Positions 18,376 through 29,252 of a stretch of 64,000 bases of DNA are shown here, piece after piece; the stretch's first letter is position 1; each line of letters begins with the position of its first letter. The notes under the pieces are model-generated. The model was not told the DNA's origin. It made no database searches and worked only from the letters and a program-made list of their open reading frames with translations. The stretch is from an uncultured Armatimonadia bacterium (lineage in GTDB: Bacteria > Armatimonadota > Zipacnadia > CAVVLO01): assembly GCA_963749155.1 (NCBI GenBank), contig CAVVLO010000001.1:224001-288000 (forward strand), written 5' to 3'. The position numbers and the translations under genes are program-made.

Positions 18376-19692
18376 CTAGCCCTTCAGCCGATCGGGCAGC
18401 ACCTCATGACTAATCAGGTCGGCCAGCGTCTCGCGCCGCACGATGACTTCGGCCTTCCCATTTGAGAGCAGCACCATTGCCGGCCGAGGGAACTTGTTAT
18501 AGTTGCTCGACATCGCATAATTGTATGCGCCTGTCGTCATTACACAAAGGATATCGCCTGGCTCGGGCTTTGGCAGCACAACATCGCGGAAAAGCACATC
18601 GGTCTCGCAATGCTTGCCCGAAACGGTAACCTGCTCGGTGGCTTCCTGCTTGGCCTTGTTGGCGAGCAACACTGTGTAGACGGCCTCGTAGAGCGCAGGG
18701 CGCGGGTTGTCGGACAGACCGCCATCTACGGCGATATACTTGCGGACGCCAGGCACTTCCTTCACCGGGCCAACCGTATAAAGGGTAATACAGGCCTCGC
18801 CCACAATACCCCGGCCAGGTTCGATCATAAGCTTGGGATAGGGCCTGGCGAGTTCGTCACATTCCTTGATGATAGGCTTGATGACGGCATCGAGATACTG
18901 CTCCACCGAGGGAGGCGCGTCATCGGCCAGATACCGGATGCCCAGGCCACCGCCGGAGTTGAGCTCTTCGGGCCAGAAACCGGTCTCGTGCAGCACTTCC
19001 TTGAGGAAGGCCATCACGAGCGTGGAGGCCACTTCGAAGCTCTCCAGCCCGAAAATCTGCGAACCTATATGCTGGTGCACGCCCCACAGCTTGAGATTGG
19101 GCAGCTCGAGGGCGCGCTTGATAGCCTTCATAGCCTGGCCAGTCGCGATGCCGAAGCCAAACTTGGTGTCTATCTGGCCAGTCTGGATGTAAGTATGGGT
19201 CTTCGGCTTGATGCCAGGGGTCACGCGCAGCAAGATATCAGCGGTCAGGTCGGCTTCACCGGCCAGGGCGCTGATTATCTCAAGTTCTTCAATCGAATCG
19301 ACGATTATCCGCTTTACGCCTTTACCGAGGGCCATTTGCAGTTCGGCAAGCGACTTGAAGTTGCCGTGCATATAGCAACTGCTGGCGGGGACGCCGGCTT
19401 CGAGGGCGCAGTAGAGTTCGCCCGCCGAGGCGACGTCGAGGGAAAGGCCTTCCTGCCAGACGATTTTGTCTATGGCAAGCGAGGGCAGCGCCTTCGAGGC
19501 ATAGAGCACCTCGGCCTGGCCGGGGTATTTTTCCTCGATGACGACCTTGTAAGTGCGAGCGTTGCTGCGCAGCAACTGCTCGTCGACGACCCAGAGCGGG
19601 GTGCCGAATTGCTCGACTAGCGCGACACAATCGTGCCCGCCGAAGGTCAGATGGCCCTTGTCATTGGTGCCTACCAGGTCAAGCAGCCCCAT
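18376..19692 (-). CDS. lysA: Diaminopimelate decarboxylase
   Basis: FGTPL, YASKA, DVAS.GEL, HIGSQI, EPGR, DGGLSDNPRPALY, GKHCETD, TGAYNY.M.SNYN. Confidence 0.96.
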   Translation of the reverse strand: MGLLDLVGTNDKGHLTFGGHDCVALVEQFGTPLWVVDEQLLRSNARTYKVVIEEKYPGQAEVLYASKALPSLAIDKIVWQEGLSLDVASAGELYCALEAGVPASSCYMHGNFKSLAELQMALGKGVKRIIVDSIEELEIISALAGEADLTADILLRVTPGIKPKTHTYIQTGQIDTKFGFGIATGQAMKAIKRALELPNLKLWGVHQHIGSQIFGLESFEVASTLVMAFLKEVLHETGFWPEELNSGGGLGIRYLADDAPPSVEQYLDAVIKPIIKECDELARPYPKLMIEPGRGIVGEACITLYTVGPVKEVPGVRKYIAVDGGLSDNPRPALYEAVYTVLLANKAKQEATEQVTVSGKHCETDVLFRDVVLPKPEPGDILCVMTTGAYNYAMSSNYNKFPRPAMVLLSNGKAEVIVRRETLADLISHEVLPDRLKG

Positions 19693-19780
19693 AAGCTGCT
19701 CCTCCCTCGTCCTTAGGCGAAACTTCGGACAATTGAAAATGCGACGCGTCAGGCCAAACTGGCCGCGCGTCGTGGCCGGG

Positions 19781-19809
19781 ATAGTAGCACAGGCCTAAAG
19801 AAGCGTCAA
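19781..19809 (-). promoter_or_regulatory. Putative sigma70 promoter for lysA
   Basis: Minus strand TTGACG-17 nt-TACTAT with an extended TG. Confidence 0.65.
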
Positions 19810-19846
19810 AAGGGAGCCCGCCAGCTTTGGCGCGGTTAGGCCAGCT

Positions 19847-19876
19847 TTGACAGGGGTCGGAGGCGAAGCATAGAAT
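19847..19876 (+). promoter_or_regulatory. Putative sigma70 promoter for the DinG-family operon
   Basis: TTGACA-18 nt-TAGAAT; the GTG start begins 7 nt after the -10 box. Confidence 0.65.
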
Positions 19877-19882
19877 GACCTC

Positions 19883-21937
19883 GTGGAATCCCTCGAACGG
19901 ATACTGGGCCCGGGTGGCCCCCTGGCGGCCAGGCTTCCGAATTATGAGGTGCGCCCCCAGCAGATAGAGCTTGCCGAAGCGGTGGGGCGCGCCATCACCG
20001 AAGGCCAGGTGCTGCTTGCCGAGGCGGGCACTGGCTGCGGCAAGAGCTTTGCTTATGCCATCCCCTTCCTGCTCTGGGCTAACGAGCTGCGCGGCCAGCG
20101 CAAAGTCGCCTTCTCTACCTATACCAAAGCTTTGCAGCAGCAACTTGCAAGCAAAGACCTGCCTCTCCTGCTCGAAGTGCTCGGACTTGACCTCAAAGTC
20201 GAAGTCGTGATGGGCATCGAGAACTATATCTGTATGCGCAGATTTATCCAGCGGATGGATTTCCTGCGGCAGACGGGGCTTGAATCACTGGACAATGACC
20301 TCAACGAGGCCTTTGGCGCGCCCAGGACCGATGAACTTCGCAAGGTCGAGAAGTGGATTAAGGCCGGTGGCAGCGGCAACCTGGAAGATTGCACTTTCCG
20401 CCTGTCGCCGACTACCCGCGCTGCCATCTCGCATACCCGCTATGCTTGCGCTTATCCCCAGTGCCCTCATCTGCGCGACTGCGTGTGGATGGACCTCAAG
20501 CGCGCTGTGGCGAAAGCCGATGTCATCGTGGCGAACCACCACATATTTTTGCTTGAATCCGAAGGCAGTCAGTTGCTCCCTCGCTGTGACGGGGTGGTCT
20601 TCGACGAAGGGCAGGCGCTGGAGGATGCCGCCAGTGCTGTGCTCGGGGAAAGGCTGTCGCAGCATTTTGTGACCAGCCTGCTCAGGGGCGTTTTGGCCTC
20701 GCAGGGTCCGCTTGGGCTTGCAAGTGACCTCTCGCCGGGCGAGGTGGAGATGACGCGAAATCAAATCCAGTTCGTGCTGGACGAGACGCGCGCTTTCTTC
20801 CAGGCGGTGCGCGGGCATGTCTGGACGCGTTATGGGGGCAGTGAAGAGGTGCGCCTCCAGGAACCGCTTGCGGTGCAGGATACCCTGGCCGGTCCGCTTG
20901 AGGATCTGGCTGCTTCCCTGCAGGACCTGGCGGGTCATACCAGCAGGCAGGAGGCTTCTGTCGAACTGGCGGGGGCAGCCAAGGCGTTGTTGGACGTGCA
21001 GGCGGGGCTTTCGACTATTATCACGGTCTCCCAGCCCGATCACGTCTACTGGCTGGAATCAGAACAGCGCGCCGATGCGGATGTCGCGCTCAATTCTGCC
21101 CCTGTCGAGCCGGGCCAGGCGCTGGCCGAGCGAATCTTCGAGCAGTATGCGCCCGCGGTTGTCACCTCCGCGACCCTCAGGGTGGGAGGCAGCTTCGAGT
21201 TTGTGCGCAGCCGGATCGGCGCCCACGAGGCAGGAGAGCTCTCGGTGAGTTCGCCCTTCGATTATTCGAGTCGCTGCAAACTCTATTTGCCTCCCTCTAT
21301 GCCCGACCCAGGCAGGCAAGCCCACGATTATGAAGCCCGGCTGCTGCCTCTGATAGGCGAGTTACTTGAGGTCAGCAGGGGACGCGCTTTTGTGCTTTTC
21401 ACCAGTTACCGGCAGATGGAAGCCGCGGCTACCTGGCTCGAGGATGAAGGTTTCGATGACAAATATGGCCTGCTGGTGCAAGGCGACCTGCCGCGCCACG
21501 AGTTGCTGGAACGCTTCCGGGGGACGCCAGGTTCGGTGCTGCTTGGCACTCGCACCTTCTGGCAGGGCGTCGATGTGCCGGGCGAGGCGCTGGTCGCAGT
21601 AATTATCGCCAAACTCCCCTTCCAGGTGCCGGACGAGCCGCTAGTGCAGGCTCGGTGTCAGGCAATCGAACGCAGGGGAGGCAATCCTTTTATGGAATAT
21701 TCCGTTCCAACGGCGGCGATGGCGCTGAGACAGGCTTTTGGGCGACTCATCCGCACGCGGGAGGACTATGGGCTGGTCGCTGTGCTCGACCCCCGGTTGC
21801 GCACGAAGCGCTACGGGGAGTTCTTCCTCGAGTCGCTGCCCGACTGTCCTGTGACCTCTGATATGGACGAGTTGCGCGAAGCCTTCGCCTTCTGGGAGAA
21901 TCTCCCGGCCGGCGCGACCGGCCAAGGGGCTGGATGA
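19883..21937 (+). CDS. dinG: DinG/YoaA-family ATP-dependent DNA helicase
   Basis: YEVRPQQ, EAGTG.GKS, Fe-S cysteines, VANHH, TSATL, SPFDY, LFTSY, FWQGVDVPG, KLPF, QAFGRLIR. Confidence 0.9.
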   Translation: MESLERILGPGGPLAARLPNYEVRPQQIELAEAVGRAITEGQVLLAEAGTGCGKSFAYAIPFLLWANELRGQRKVAFSTYTKALQQQLASKDLPLLLEVLGLDLKVEVVMGIENYICMRRFIQRMDFLRQTGLESLDNDLNEAFGAPRTDELRKVEKWIKAGGSGNLEDCTFRLSPTTRAAISHTRYACAYPQCPHLRDCVWMDLKRAVAKADVIVANHHIFLLESEGSQLLPRCDGVVFDEGQALEDAASAVLGERLSQHFVTSLLRGVLASQGPLGLASDLSPGEVEMTRNQIQFVLDETRAFFQAVRGHVWTRYGGSEEVRLQEPLAVQDTLAGPLEDLAASLQDLAGHTSRQEASVELAGAAKALLDVQAGLSTIITVSQPDHVYWLESEQRADADVALNSAPVEPGQALAERIFEQYAPAVVTSATLRVGGSFEFVRSRIGAHEAGELSVSSPFDYSSRCKLYLPPSMPDPGRQAHDYEARLLPLIGELLEVSRGRAFVLFTSYRQMEAAATWLEDEGFDDKYGLLVQGDLPRHELLERFRGTPGSVLLGTRTFWQGVDVPGEALVAVIIAKLPFQVPDEPLVQARCQAIERRGGNPFMEYSVPTAAMALRQAFGRLIRTREDYGLVAVLDPRLRTKRYGEFFLESLPDCPVTSDMDELREAFAFWENLPAGATGQGAG

Positions 21938-22815
21938 TGAGTCTGGGGCTCAAAGCGGCGCTTCAGCATACCTGGAAGTTTTGGGTGGAAGTGGGGGACG
22001 AGTTATTCCTCCACAAGGCGTCCCTTATGGCGGCTGGCATTGCCTATTTTGCGGTGCTGGCGGTCTTCCCCTTGCTGCTGGTCGTGATGGCGGCTGGCGC
22101 GGCAATAATTGGCAGCAGTCAGAAGATGCTCGATCTCATCTACGAAGGCCTCTCCCAGATAATGATCCCGAGCGCCGTGGGCACCATAATAACGGTCATC
22201 AGCGAAGCCATTGACTCGGGCCTGCTGGTCGGAGGACTCAGCATACTGCTGCTGGTCTGGGCCGCTACTCACGTCTTCCGCCTGACCAGCACCGCTCTTG
22301 ATTCCCTCTGGCACGCCAAGCATCGCCCGCGCGCGGTGGTGAATATCCTGAGGTCGCTATTAGTCGTGACGGTGCTCACCGTCTCGGGCCTGCTGGCCTT
22401 TGGCCTTACGGTGATGTTCTCGCTTATTGAGAACTGGAGCGCCGAACATCCAATGGTACTCGGGCTAACCTCGCTCTTCTCGCCGATGCCCTCCTGGACC
22501 TCACCTCTTCTTGGATTTGGGCTTACTTTAATTTTCTACACACTGGTGCACAAGTATCTGCCCACGCGCAAAATTGCCTGGAAATATGCTCTGGTAGCCG
22601 GTATGCTCTCAGGCACAATGTCGGAGGCGGCCAAGCTCCTCTTCACCTTGCTGGTGGTCCGGCCTGGAAGCTACCTGCACATATATGGGCCTATCGCAGG
22701 TATGGTATTGCTGGTTTTGTGGTTCTACTATGCGGCCAACTGCCTGCTGATCGGCGCTGCGGCGGCCCGGCTTTATGAGAAGCAGGAACTTGCCCAGCAG
22801 GGGAAGGAAGTATGA
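21934..22815 (+). CDS. YihY/virulence factor BrkB family membrane protein
   Basis: AAGIAYFA.LA.FPLLL; Y..IYG..AG.V.L.LW.Y; several TM helices. Confidence 0.88.
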   Translation: MMSLGLKAALQHTWKFWVEVGDELFLHKASLMAAGIAYFAVLAVFPLLLVVMAAGAAIIGSSQKMLDLIYEGLSQIMIPSAVGTIITVISEAIDSGLLVGGLSILLLVWAATHVFRLTSTALDSLWHAKHRPRAVVNILRSLLVVTVLTVSGLLAFGLTVMFSLIENWSAEHPMVLGLTSLFSPMPSWTSPLLGFGLTLIFYTLVHKYLPTRKIAWKYALVAGMLSGTMSEAAKLLFTLLVVRPGSYLHIYGPIAGMVLLVLWFYYAANCLLIGAAAARLYEKQELAQQGKEV

Positions 22816-23642
22816 GCGAGCCTCCCGTACAGCAGCAGGAACGCGCGCTGCCCATTTCAATGCCCCGGGCGCTTGGCAGGCCGCTGGTCGCGCTTTTCGA
22901 CCGGCTGGGACTGGTCGTGGCGGCCAACCTCCTCTTCACGGGCGCGCTGCTTGTCCCGCTGTCGATTTCCTATCTCCTTCGCGAGCCAATGAACCTGGGC
23001 GCCGCCTTGACTGTCTTGTCCGCTCTGCTTATAACAGGGCCGGTCTGGTTCGGCCTGGTAGACGTGATGGGCAAGATCGTCGGGCGCGATTCGGCCAGCT
23101 TTCTTGATTTGCTGCTGGCGACGGGCAAGCATTATATTAAGGCTGTAGGCTGGGGACTCTTTGCGCTGGCAGGGCTTGTCATCACCTGGGCAGCGGGCAC
23201 CATCTACCTGGGGCTGCTTGCTCTAGCCCGCTCTGATGGGCTAGGCTCTCCCTCGGACTGGCTGTTGCTTGCCGCTGCCGGGCTGTTTGGCCTGGCCGCA
23301 GCGGCGCTGATTCTGATCCAGCTTTATGTGGCGCCCCTGATAACCTTGAACAACGAACCACTGTTCAAGGCTTTTCGCAAGGCGGCGCTGCTGGCTCTGG
23401 ACAACCTGCCACTTACCTTGCTCGCCTGGCTGGAGCTTGGAGCGGGGATTCTGGTTGTCCTTTTGCCTTCGACGCTGGCTGAACTGCTGCAGGCGGCAGG
23501 GGATTTGAACGCCTTCACGTATCTGTTTACCGCCTGCCTGTACTGGAGTTTCGCGGCACTGGTGGCGACTTCGGTCACCCTGGCGCTGCTCAGGAAGTAT
23601 GGCCTTTCGGCCGACGATTTCTACGATGCTGTAAGGGAGTGA
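22812..23642 (+). CDS. Integral membrane protein (DUF624/YesL-like)
   Basis: Multiple hydrophobic helices; overlaps both neighbouring genes. Confidence 0.55.
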   Translation: MSEPPVQQQERALPISMPRALGRPLVALFDRLGLVVAANLLFTGALLVPLSISYLLREPMNLGAALTVLSALLITGPVWFGLVDVMGKIVGRDSASFLDLLLATGKHYIKAVGWGLFALAGLVITWAAGTIYLGLLALARSDGLGSPSDWLLLAAAGLFGLAAAALILIQLYVAPLITLNNEPLFKAFRKAALLALDNLPLTLLAWLELGAGILVVLLPSTLAELLQAAGDLNAFTYLFTACLYWSFAALVATSVTLALLRKYGLSADDFYDAVRE

Positions 23643-24589
23643 GTAGTGTGGCACAGGTAGCCTGTCTTGGGATTCTGGTGGCCGATTTGCTCTGTCGTCC
23701 GGTAGACAGATATCCCGGGCGTGGAGAGTTGGTACTGGTAGATGAGATGTCGCTTCACACGGGGGGATGCGCCGCCAACACAGGCGTAGACCTCGTCAAA
23801 ATCGGTATTGAGACCGCAGTGCTGGGCAAAGTGGGCAACGACGGCCTTGGCGATTTCGTGCGTAACAAGCTGGGCACCACCGGGATAGACACGCAGGGCA
23901 TCGTGGTGGACCCGGTCACCAACACTTCGGGCACCAGTGTGCTGGTATTCAGTGATGGCGAGCGCAGCTTCGTCCATTACGTGGGCGCCAACGCCACTTA
24001 CAAGGTTTCCGATGTGCGCTGGGACGTAATCGAGGGCGCCAAAATACTCCACGTCGCCGGCCACTTCCTGATGCCGGGCTTCGATGGCGTGCCTTGTGCC
24101 CAGGTGATGAAAGAAGCCCAGCAGCGGGGGCTTATTACCACTCTTGACACCGCTGGGGCGCCTCGGCCCGACTGGGGAGAGCTTGTCACCCCCGTGCTGC
24201 CGTATGTGGATTACGCCCTGCCAAGCGAAAATGAAGCCCAGGTCATCACTGGCCAGACCGATGTCAGCAAGATAGCCGACTGGTTCCTCGAGCGAGGCGT
24301 GAAATACTGCGGCCTTAAGCGCGGCGGGGAAGGCTCCTATCTCAAGACAGCCGATGGCCAGGAAATCAGCAAGCCAATCTTCAGAGTTAACGCCTTTGAC
24401 ACCACGGGTTCGGGCGACGCCTTCGTGGCGGGCTTCCTGACGGGCCTGGTGATGGGCTGGTCGCTGGAGGACACACTGACTTTCGGCAACGCCACCGGCG
24501 CAATCTGCGCAACCTATGTTGGCGCAACAGCCGGAATGAAGACTCTGGCCGAAATCCAGGACTTCATCAAGACAACTCCGATGGGCTAG
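23639..24589 (+). CDS. PfkB-family carbohydrate kinase
   Basis: GGCAANT...L...G, GKVGNDGLG, PSENEA, DTTGSGDAFVAGF. Confidence 0.92.
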   Translation: MSSVAQVACLGILVADLLCRPVDRYPGRGELVLVDEMSLHTGGCAANTGVDLVKIGIETAVLGKVGNDGLGDFVRNKLGTTGIDTQGIVVDPVTNTSGTSVLVFSDGERSFVHYVGANATYKVSDVRWDVIEGAKILHVAGHFLMPGFDGVPCAQVMKEAQQRGLITTLDTAGAPRPDWGELVTPVLPYVDYALPSENEAQVITGQTDVSKIADWFLERGVKYCGLKRGGEGSYLKTADGQEISKPIFRVNAFDTTGSGDAFVAGFLTGLVMGWSLEDTLTFGNATGAICATYVGATAGMKTLAEIQDFIKTTPMG

Positions 24590-24615
24590 CGCGCAGTCAG
24601 AAAAAGGCCTGAAAT

Positions 24616-24646
24616 AAAAAAGGGCCACCTTTCGGGGTGGCCCTTC
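24616..24646 (-). terminator. Intrinsic terminator between convergent genes
   Basis: AAAAAAGGGCCACC-TTTCGG-GGTGGCCCTT; the U-tract is on the minus strand. Confidence 0.8.
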
Positions 24647-24670
24647 TGCTTGCGGTTTTTTTAGGAGCCA

Positions 24671-26653
24671 CTAGCCCAGGAAGTGATACACGGGCAGCGT
24701 CCAGATGACCCCGATGATGTTGAAGATAGCCCCGCTTGTGAAGTCTCCCAGGATAAGCCCCAGGAAGAAGGGGATGGCCTGCCTGTAGAGCTTCAGCCCG
24801 CCGTAGCGGATGATGAGACGCTTGGCGAGCCAGGCGATGAAGAGAGGCATCCAGACTTTGTGCATCCCCCAGGAAGTGGAGATGGCATACCCCACCGGGT
24901 GGAAGGGCCAGCCGACGATGCGAAGCCTCATTACCATCAAGATAATTGTGAAGAACAACCCGAAGACAATTGCGACGCCATCCATCGGCTCAGTTTTGGT
25001 GGGAGCCGACATCCAGGACTGCATCCGCTGCCAGGGCTCGTTACCGAAGATAAGCGGCACCTGATTTACCATCTTGGCGCTCGAAGCCCCTACATTGAAG
25101 TAAGTCTGCAGCAGCGCCCAGACGCCCGAGAAGAAGCCCACGACGAAAGCGGCTGTAAGTAGCCACATCATCGCGCGCTGATGGATTTGGGTGCGTTCGG
25201 CAATCCTGAGGCCTTCCATCTGGATGGGCATCGGGTGGCCTCGGTAGGCGCGGTTGAAGGAGAAATACAGGCTGAAGACTGCCATATTCTCCGGCAGGAC
25301 GTTCTGACTGCCCACCACGCGCACCATCATCGCGCCTGGGTCAGCATCGTGAAGGTCGTGGACAGGAGCGCCCAGCTCCGCCCTCAGGCGGTTTACCGTG
25401 ATGGACACCAGCAGGAATATGACGAAGAACAGGATGGCAATATTGGTGGTCATCCCCGCCAATGTGCTGAACCAGACCATACCGATGAAGCCGAATACCG
25501 TCAGGAGGAAGGCCCAGCGATAGGTCATTGCTTCGCCTGTGTCATCCAGCCAGCTCTTGCGCCCGAGCACCTTGTTGAAAACTTCGACCAGGTGAGACCG
25601 CATCGCCCAGATGGCGAAAAGCGCCAGGCCGATATAACCGCCGAAGGCCTGCTCGCCAATATAAGGGGCGCGAGGGTTGTTCTGGCCAAGCTGCAAGGCC
25701 GCTGCCGCGACGCTCTCGCCCTTCCAGAAAAGGAAGAAGAACCAGCACGAGAAAAGCAGGTCGAGTGGCAGGAGGAAGCCTATGCCAATTGCCCAGGGGT
25801 AGAAAGACACTGGCAGCCAGCCGACCGCTGTCCAGGGCCAGGCGGTGATATAGGTGTTGACGTTATAACTGGCTGTCTGGATGAGCGGCACAGCCGGAAA
25901 CAGCATATGAAGGTTGTCTATTGTGTTGATGATACAGGGGATAGCGAAAGCTATCCACATAAGTCTGCTCTTGAAGAACCTGTTGTCGGGCGCGGTCATC
26001 TCGAGAGGCAGTGCCACAAGGGGGAAGCTGAGCTTCTCGCGCTCGGCCCACTGTTTGCGCGTGATGACGTTCATTGCCATCAGGGTGACGTACATCACCA
26101 TAAAGAAGGCGAACCAGGCGAGGATAGGCTTGGCATACGCCATCAGGTGGCGCATGGTCCACATCTCGGACTGGCCCATATAAAGGTCTTTCAAAGTCGC
26201 CATATCGGTGACGATGAGCCAGTCAGGCAACATATAGAGGAAAAGCGAGTCCCACTTGTTTTCGGCGGTAGCAAAATAGTGGGGATGGGAGATTGTAGAG
26301 ACCAGCACTTCAAGCTGGTCGTGACCGCCGATAGCGGTGGCAGTCTCGATAATCAGGTAGATAGTGAGCAACTCGCGCTGTGTCAGCACCAGCTTGGGTG
26401 CGAAGCGCGAGACGATAGCATTTAGTCCAATAAGGATGAGCAACAGGAAAATGCAGTTGAAAAACAACGAGAAAGTACTGGGGTGCCCGGAGTATTTGGT
26501 AAGCTCCATCTGGACAACCCAGTAAGCGTTGAGAGGTGACAGCAAAAAGCCAATCACGACCGACCTGGCAGTTATGCCATATTTGGCCAGCTTGACGGAC
26601 GAAAAACTGTCCTGTTTCTGTTCTTCGAGCTTTACCGGTGCTTCCGCCATCAC
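24671..26653 (-). CDS. DUF6785/DUF6784-type polytopic membrane protein (putative transporter), paralog 1
   Basis: 660 aa, many TM helices; RKQW..REKL.FP, RLRAE.G.P, R..PMP.Q.E, WP.HP.GYA, RYGG.KLY. Confidence 0.65.
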   Translation of the reverse strand: MMAEAPVKLEEQKQDSFSSVKLAKYGITARSVVIGFLLSPLNAYWVVQMELTKYSGHPSTFSLFFNCIFLLLILIGLNAIVSRFAPKLVLTQRELLTIYLIIETATAIGGHDQLEVLVSTISHPHYFATAENKWDSLFLYMLPDWLIVTDMATLKDLYMGQSEMWTMRHLMAYAKPILAWFAFFMVMYVTLMAMNVITRKQWAEREKLSFPLVALPLEMTAPDNRFFKSRLMWIAFAIPCIINTIDNLHMLFPAVPLIQTASYNVNTYITAWPWTAVGWLPVSFYPWAIGIGFLLPLDLLFSCWFFFLFWKGESVAAAALQLGQNNPRAPYIGEQAFGGYIGLALFAIWAMRSHLVEVFNKVLGRKSWLDDTGEAMTYRWAFLLTVFGFIGMVWFSTLAGMTTNIAILFFVIFLLVSITVNRLRAELGAPVHDLHDADPGAMMVRVVGSQNVLPENMAVFSLYFSFNRAYRGHPMPIQMEGLRIAERTQIHQRAMMWLLTAAFVVGFFSGVWALLQTYFNVGASSAKMVNQVPLIFGNEPWQRMQSWMSAPTKTEPMDGVAIVFGLFFTIILMVMRLRIVGWPFHPVGYAISTSWGMHKVWMPLFIAWLAKRLIIRYGGLKLYRQAIPFFLGLILGDFTSGAIFNIIGVIWTLPVYHFLG

Positions 26654-26810
26654 GCCAATCCTTCGGGGTGGGAGTAGAATCTGCCGACTATATCATAATG
26701 TCCCGCGCCGTAAAAGACCGGCTTGCCTCTTCTTCTGCTCTCCGGGCTGTTGTAGCTCCAAGGCCAATTTGCTATCATCTGGCCACACGTCTGCCAGGGA
26801 GATGAGGCGA

Positions 26811-28280
26811 ATGCAAGAAGACAAAATTGTCGGGACTGGGCTATCCTTCGACGACGTGCTTCTAGTTCCTCGCAAGTCTGATGTATTGCCTAACGAAGTT
26901 GACACCTCCACTCAGCTTACACCCAGGATACGCCTGACCCTTCCACTACTGAGCGCCGCTATGGATACCGTCACCGAAGCCAGCCTGGCAATAGCGCTGG
27001 CGCAGGAAGGCGGCCTGGGGGTCATCCACAAGAATCTCTCTATTGAACAACAAGCCGAGGAAGTCGACCTGGTAAAGCGTTCAGAGAGCGGGATGATTGT
27101 AAATCCCATCACCTTGCGCCCCAACGCCAAAGTGAAGGACGCTCTCGAACTTATGGCGCGATTCAAGATATCGGGCGTGCCAATCACGGACGAAACCGAG
27201 AGGCTTGTGGGTATCCTGACCAACCGCGACCTGCGCTTCGAGACCGACACCGAGAAGCCTGTCTCCGCGCTTATGACAAGTGGAGACCTGGTCACGGTGC
27301 ATGAGGGGATAGACCTGAGCGATGCCAAGCAACTCCTTCACAGGCACCGCATCGAGAAGCTGCTTGTAGTGGATGAAGAGGGCAAACTGCGCGGGCTCAT
27401 CACCGTAAAAGACATAAAGAAAGTTATCGAGTATCCTGGCGCAACGAAAGATGAGCTTGGCCGGCTGCGTTGCGCGGCAGCGGTGGGCACTTCGCCCGAG
27501 ACACGCGACCGAGTGGCCGCGCTAATTGCTTCAGGCGTCGATCTTGTCTGCGTGGACACTGCTCACGGCCATTCTGCCCGGGTTATGGATATGGTCGAAT
27601 GGATCAAGTCCGAGTATTCCGGCGTCGAGATTATGGCAGGCAATGTAGCCGGTGCCGCGGCGGTGCGAGACCTGGCCAAGGTCGGCGCCTCTGTCGTTAA
27701 GGTCGGGATGGGGCCAGGCTCCATCTGCACCACGCGCGTTGTGGCCGGGGCTGGCGTGCCTCAGCTTACCGCAATAATGAACTGCTACGAAGCAGCTGAA
27801 GAGGTAGGGGTAACTCTCGTTGCCGATGGAGGCGTCCGGTATTCGGGCGATGTCTCCAAAGCCCTGGCAGCGGGAGCGCATGCCGTGATGATAGGGAGCC
27901 TCTTCGCAGGTTGTGAAGAATCTCCCGGCGAGACGGTGCTCTATGAGGGCCGGACCTACAAGGAATATCGCGCGATGGGCTCGCTGGCCGCTATGAAGCG
28001 CGGCAGCGCCGATCGCTATGGCCAAAGCTCGGATCAGGCGCTTTCCAAGCTCGTGCCCGAAGGGGTAGAAGGCCGCGTCCCCTACAAAGGGCCTCTGGCC
28101 AACCTGGTCTACCAACTGGTCGGAGGCTTGCGCTCGGGGATGGGTTATTGCGGCGTCAGCAGCCTCGAGGCCTTCCGGAGCGAAGCCCAGTTCATCCAGA
28201 TGACCAGTGCCGGTTATAGAGAAAGCCATCCGCACGATATTGTTATCACGCGCGAAGCCCCCAATTATATCGCCAGGTAG
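26811..28280 (+). CDS. guaB: IMP dehydrogenase
   Basis: [22 protein letters not shown] pair, [22 protein letters not shown]. Confidence 0.98.
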   Translation: MQEDKIVGTGLSFDDVLLVPRKSDVLPNEVDTSTQLTPRIRLTLPLLSAAMDTVTEASLAIALAQEGGLGVIHKNLSIEQQAEEVDLVKRSESGMIVNPITLRPNAKVKDALELMARFKISGVPITDETERLVGILTNRDLRFETDTEKPVSALMTSGDLVTVHEGIDLSDAKQLLHRHRIEKLLVVDEEGKLRGLITVKDIKKVIEYPGATKDELGRLRCAAAVGTSPETRDRVAALIASGVDLVCVDTAHGHSARVMDMVEWIKSEYSGVEIMAGNVAGAAAVRDLAKVGASVVKVGMGPGSICTTRVVAGAGVPQLTAIMNCYEAAEEVGVTLVADGGVRYSGDVSKALAAGAHAVMIGSLFAGCEESPGETVLYEGRTYKEYRAMGSLAAMKRGSADRYGQSSDQALSKLVPEGVEGRVPYKGPLANLVYQLVGGLRSGMGYCGVSSLEAFRSEAQFIQMTSAGYRESHPHDIVITREAPNYIAR

Positions 28281-28290
28281 GGAATAACCT

Positions 28291-29145
28291 ATGAGAGTCT
28301 TGCTGACCGGTGGAAGCGGCAATGTGGGTAGCAACATCCTGCCACTGCTCGGTGCAGAGCACGAGGTCAGGATTTTCGACTGTAAACCTCCTGCGGTAGA
28401 GGGCGTAGAGTATTTCGAAGGGGACTTGCTGGACAGGTCGGCGCTGCTTGCCGCAATGAAAGGTATCGATGCCGTCGTTCACCTGGCGGCCATACCCAAT
28501 CCTAACAACGATCCCGACGACCGGATAATGCTCATAAACCTGCTGGGCAGCGAGTATGTCTTCGGTGCTGCCGCAGAGCAAGGCGTAAAGCGCGTTATAG
28601 CGGCCAGCAGTGATTCGACTTTTGGTTTCGTTTTCGGCAGGCCGCTGTCGGAAGTGGAGTTTCTTCCCCTCAAGGAGACCCATAGCGCCAAGCCTGTGGA
28701 CTCTTATGGAGCAAGCAAGTTGCTGATGGAAGAGCTGGCTGCCCGGTACACGCGCAAAACTGGGATCGAAACTGTAATGCTGCGGTATTGCTGGGTGTTT
28801 ATTCCTCAGACCTATGAAGTTATGGAGGCCATCCAGGCCGATAATACACACGCCCCCAAGACTTTTTTCACTTACATAGATGCCCGGGATGTCGGCCAGG
28901 CGGTGTTGAAATCGCTGGATGTGAAAGCTATACCGGACGGCCATCAGCGCTTTTTGCTGGCGGCCGAGGACAGCTACCGCCCCGAGCCAACTCTCGAACT
29001 GGTCAAGCGTTTCTATCCAGACCTGCCGGCGCTCGAGAAGCCTCAAATCTATCTTGAGAAGCCAAACGCGTCACTCTACGATTGCAGCCTGGCAGAACGT
29101 ATTATCGGATTCAGAGCTCAGCACTCCTGGCGAAATAATTGCTGA
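28291..29145 (+). CDS. NAD-dependent epimerase/dehydratase family protein
   Basis: TGGSGNVG, VVHLAA, YGASK motifs. Confidence 0.88.
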   Translation: MRVLLTGGSGNVGSNILPLLGAEHEVRIFDCKPPAVEGVEYFEGDLLDRSALLAAMKGIDAVVHLAAIPNPNNDPDDRIMLINLLGSEYVFGAAAEQGVKRVIAASSDSTFGFVFGRPLSEVEFLPLKETHSAKPVDSYGASKLLMEELAARYTRKTGIETVMLRYCWVFIPQTYEVMEAIQADNTHAPKTFFTYIDARDVGQAVLKSLDVKAIPDGHQRFLLAAEDSYRPEPTLELVKRFYPDLPALEKPQIYLEKPNASLYDCSLAERIIGFRAQHSWRNNC

Positions 29146-29252
29146 ACTAGTTTTACCGGGCCCTCTGGCGGGAACTTGACTTGAGTTCTTTCTGTATTCC
29201 TTAAGGGCGCCGAAAAGCGCCAGCCTTAACGCCCGGGACGAGGAGAATACTT

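Noticed and set aside
19693..19775. Lysine riboswitch upstream of lysA
   Set aside because: The predicted leader of about 80 nt is too short and lacks recognisable L-box elements.
19883..21937. DinG as part of a type IV CRISPR system
   Set aside because: No csf/cas genes or array nearby; neighbours are ordinary membrane and kinase genes.
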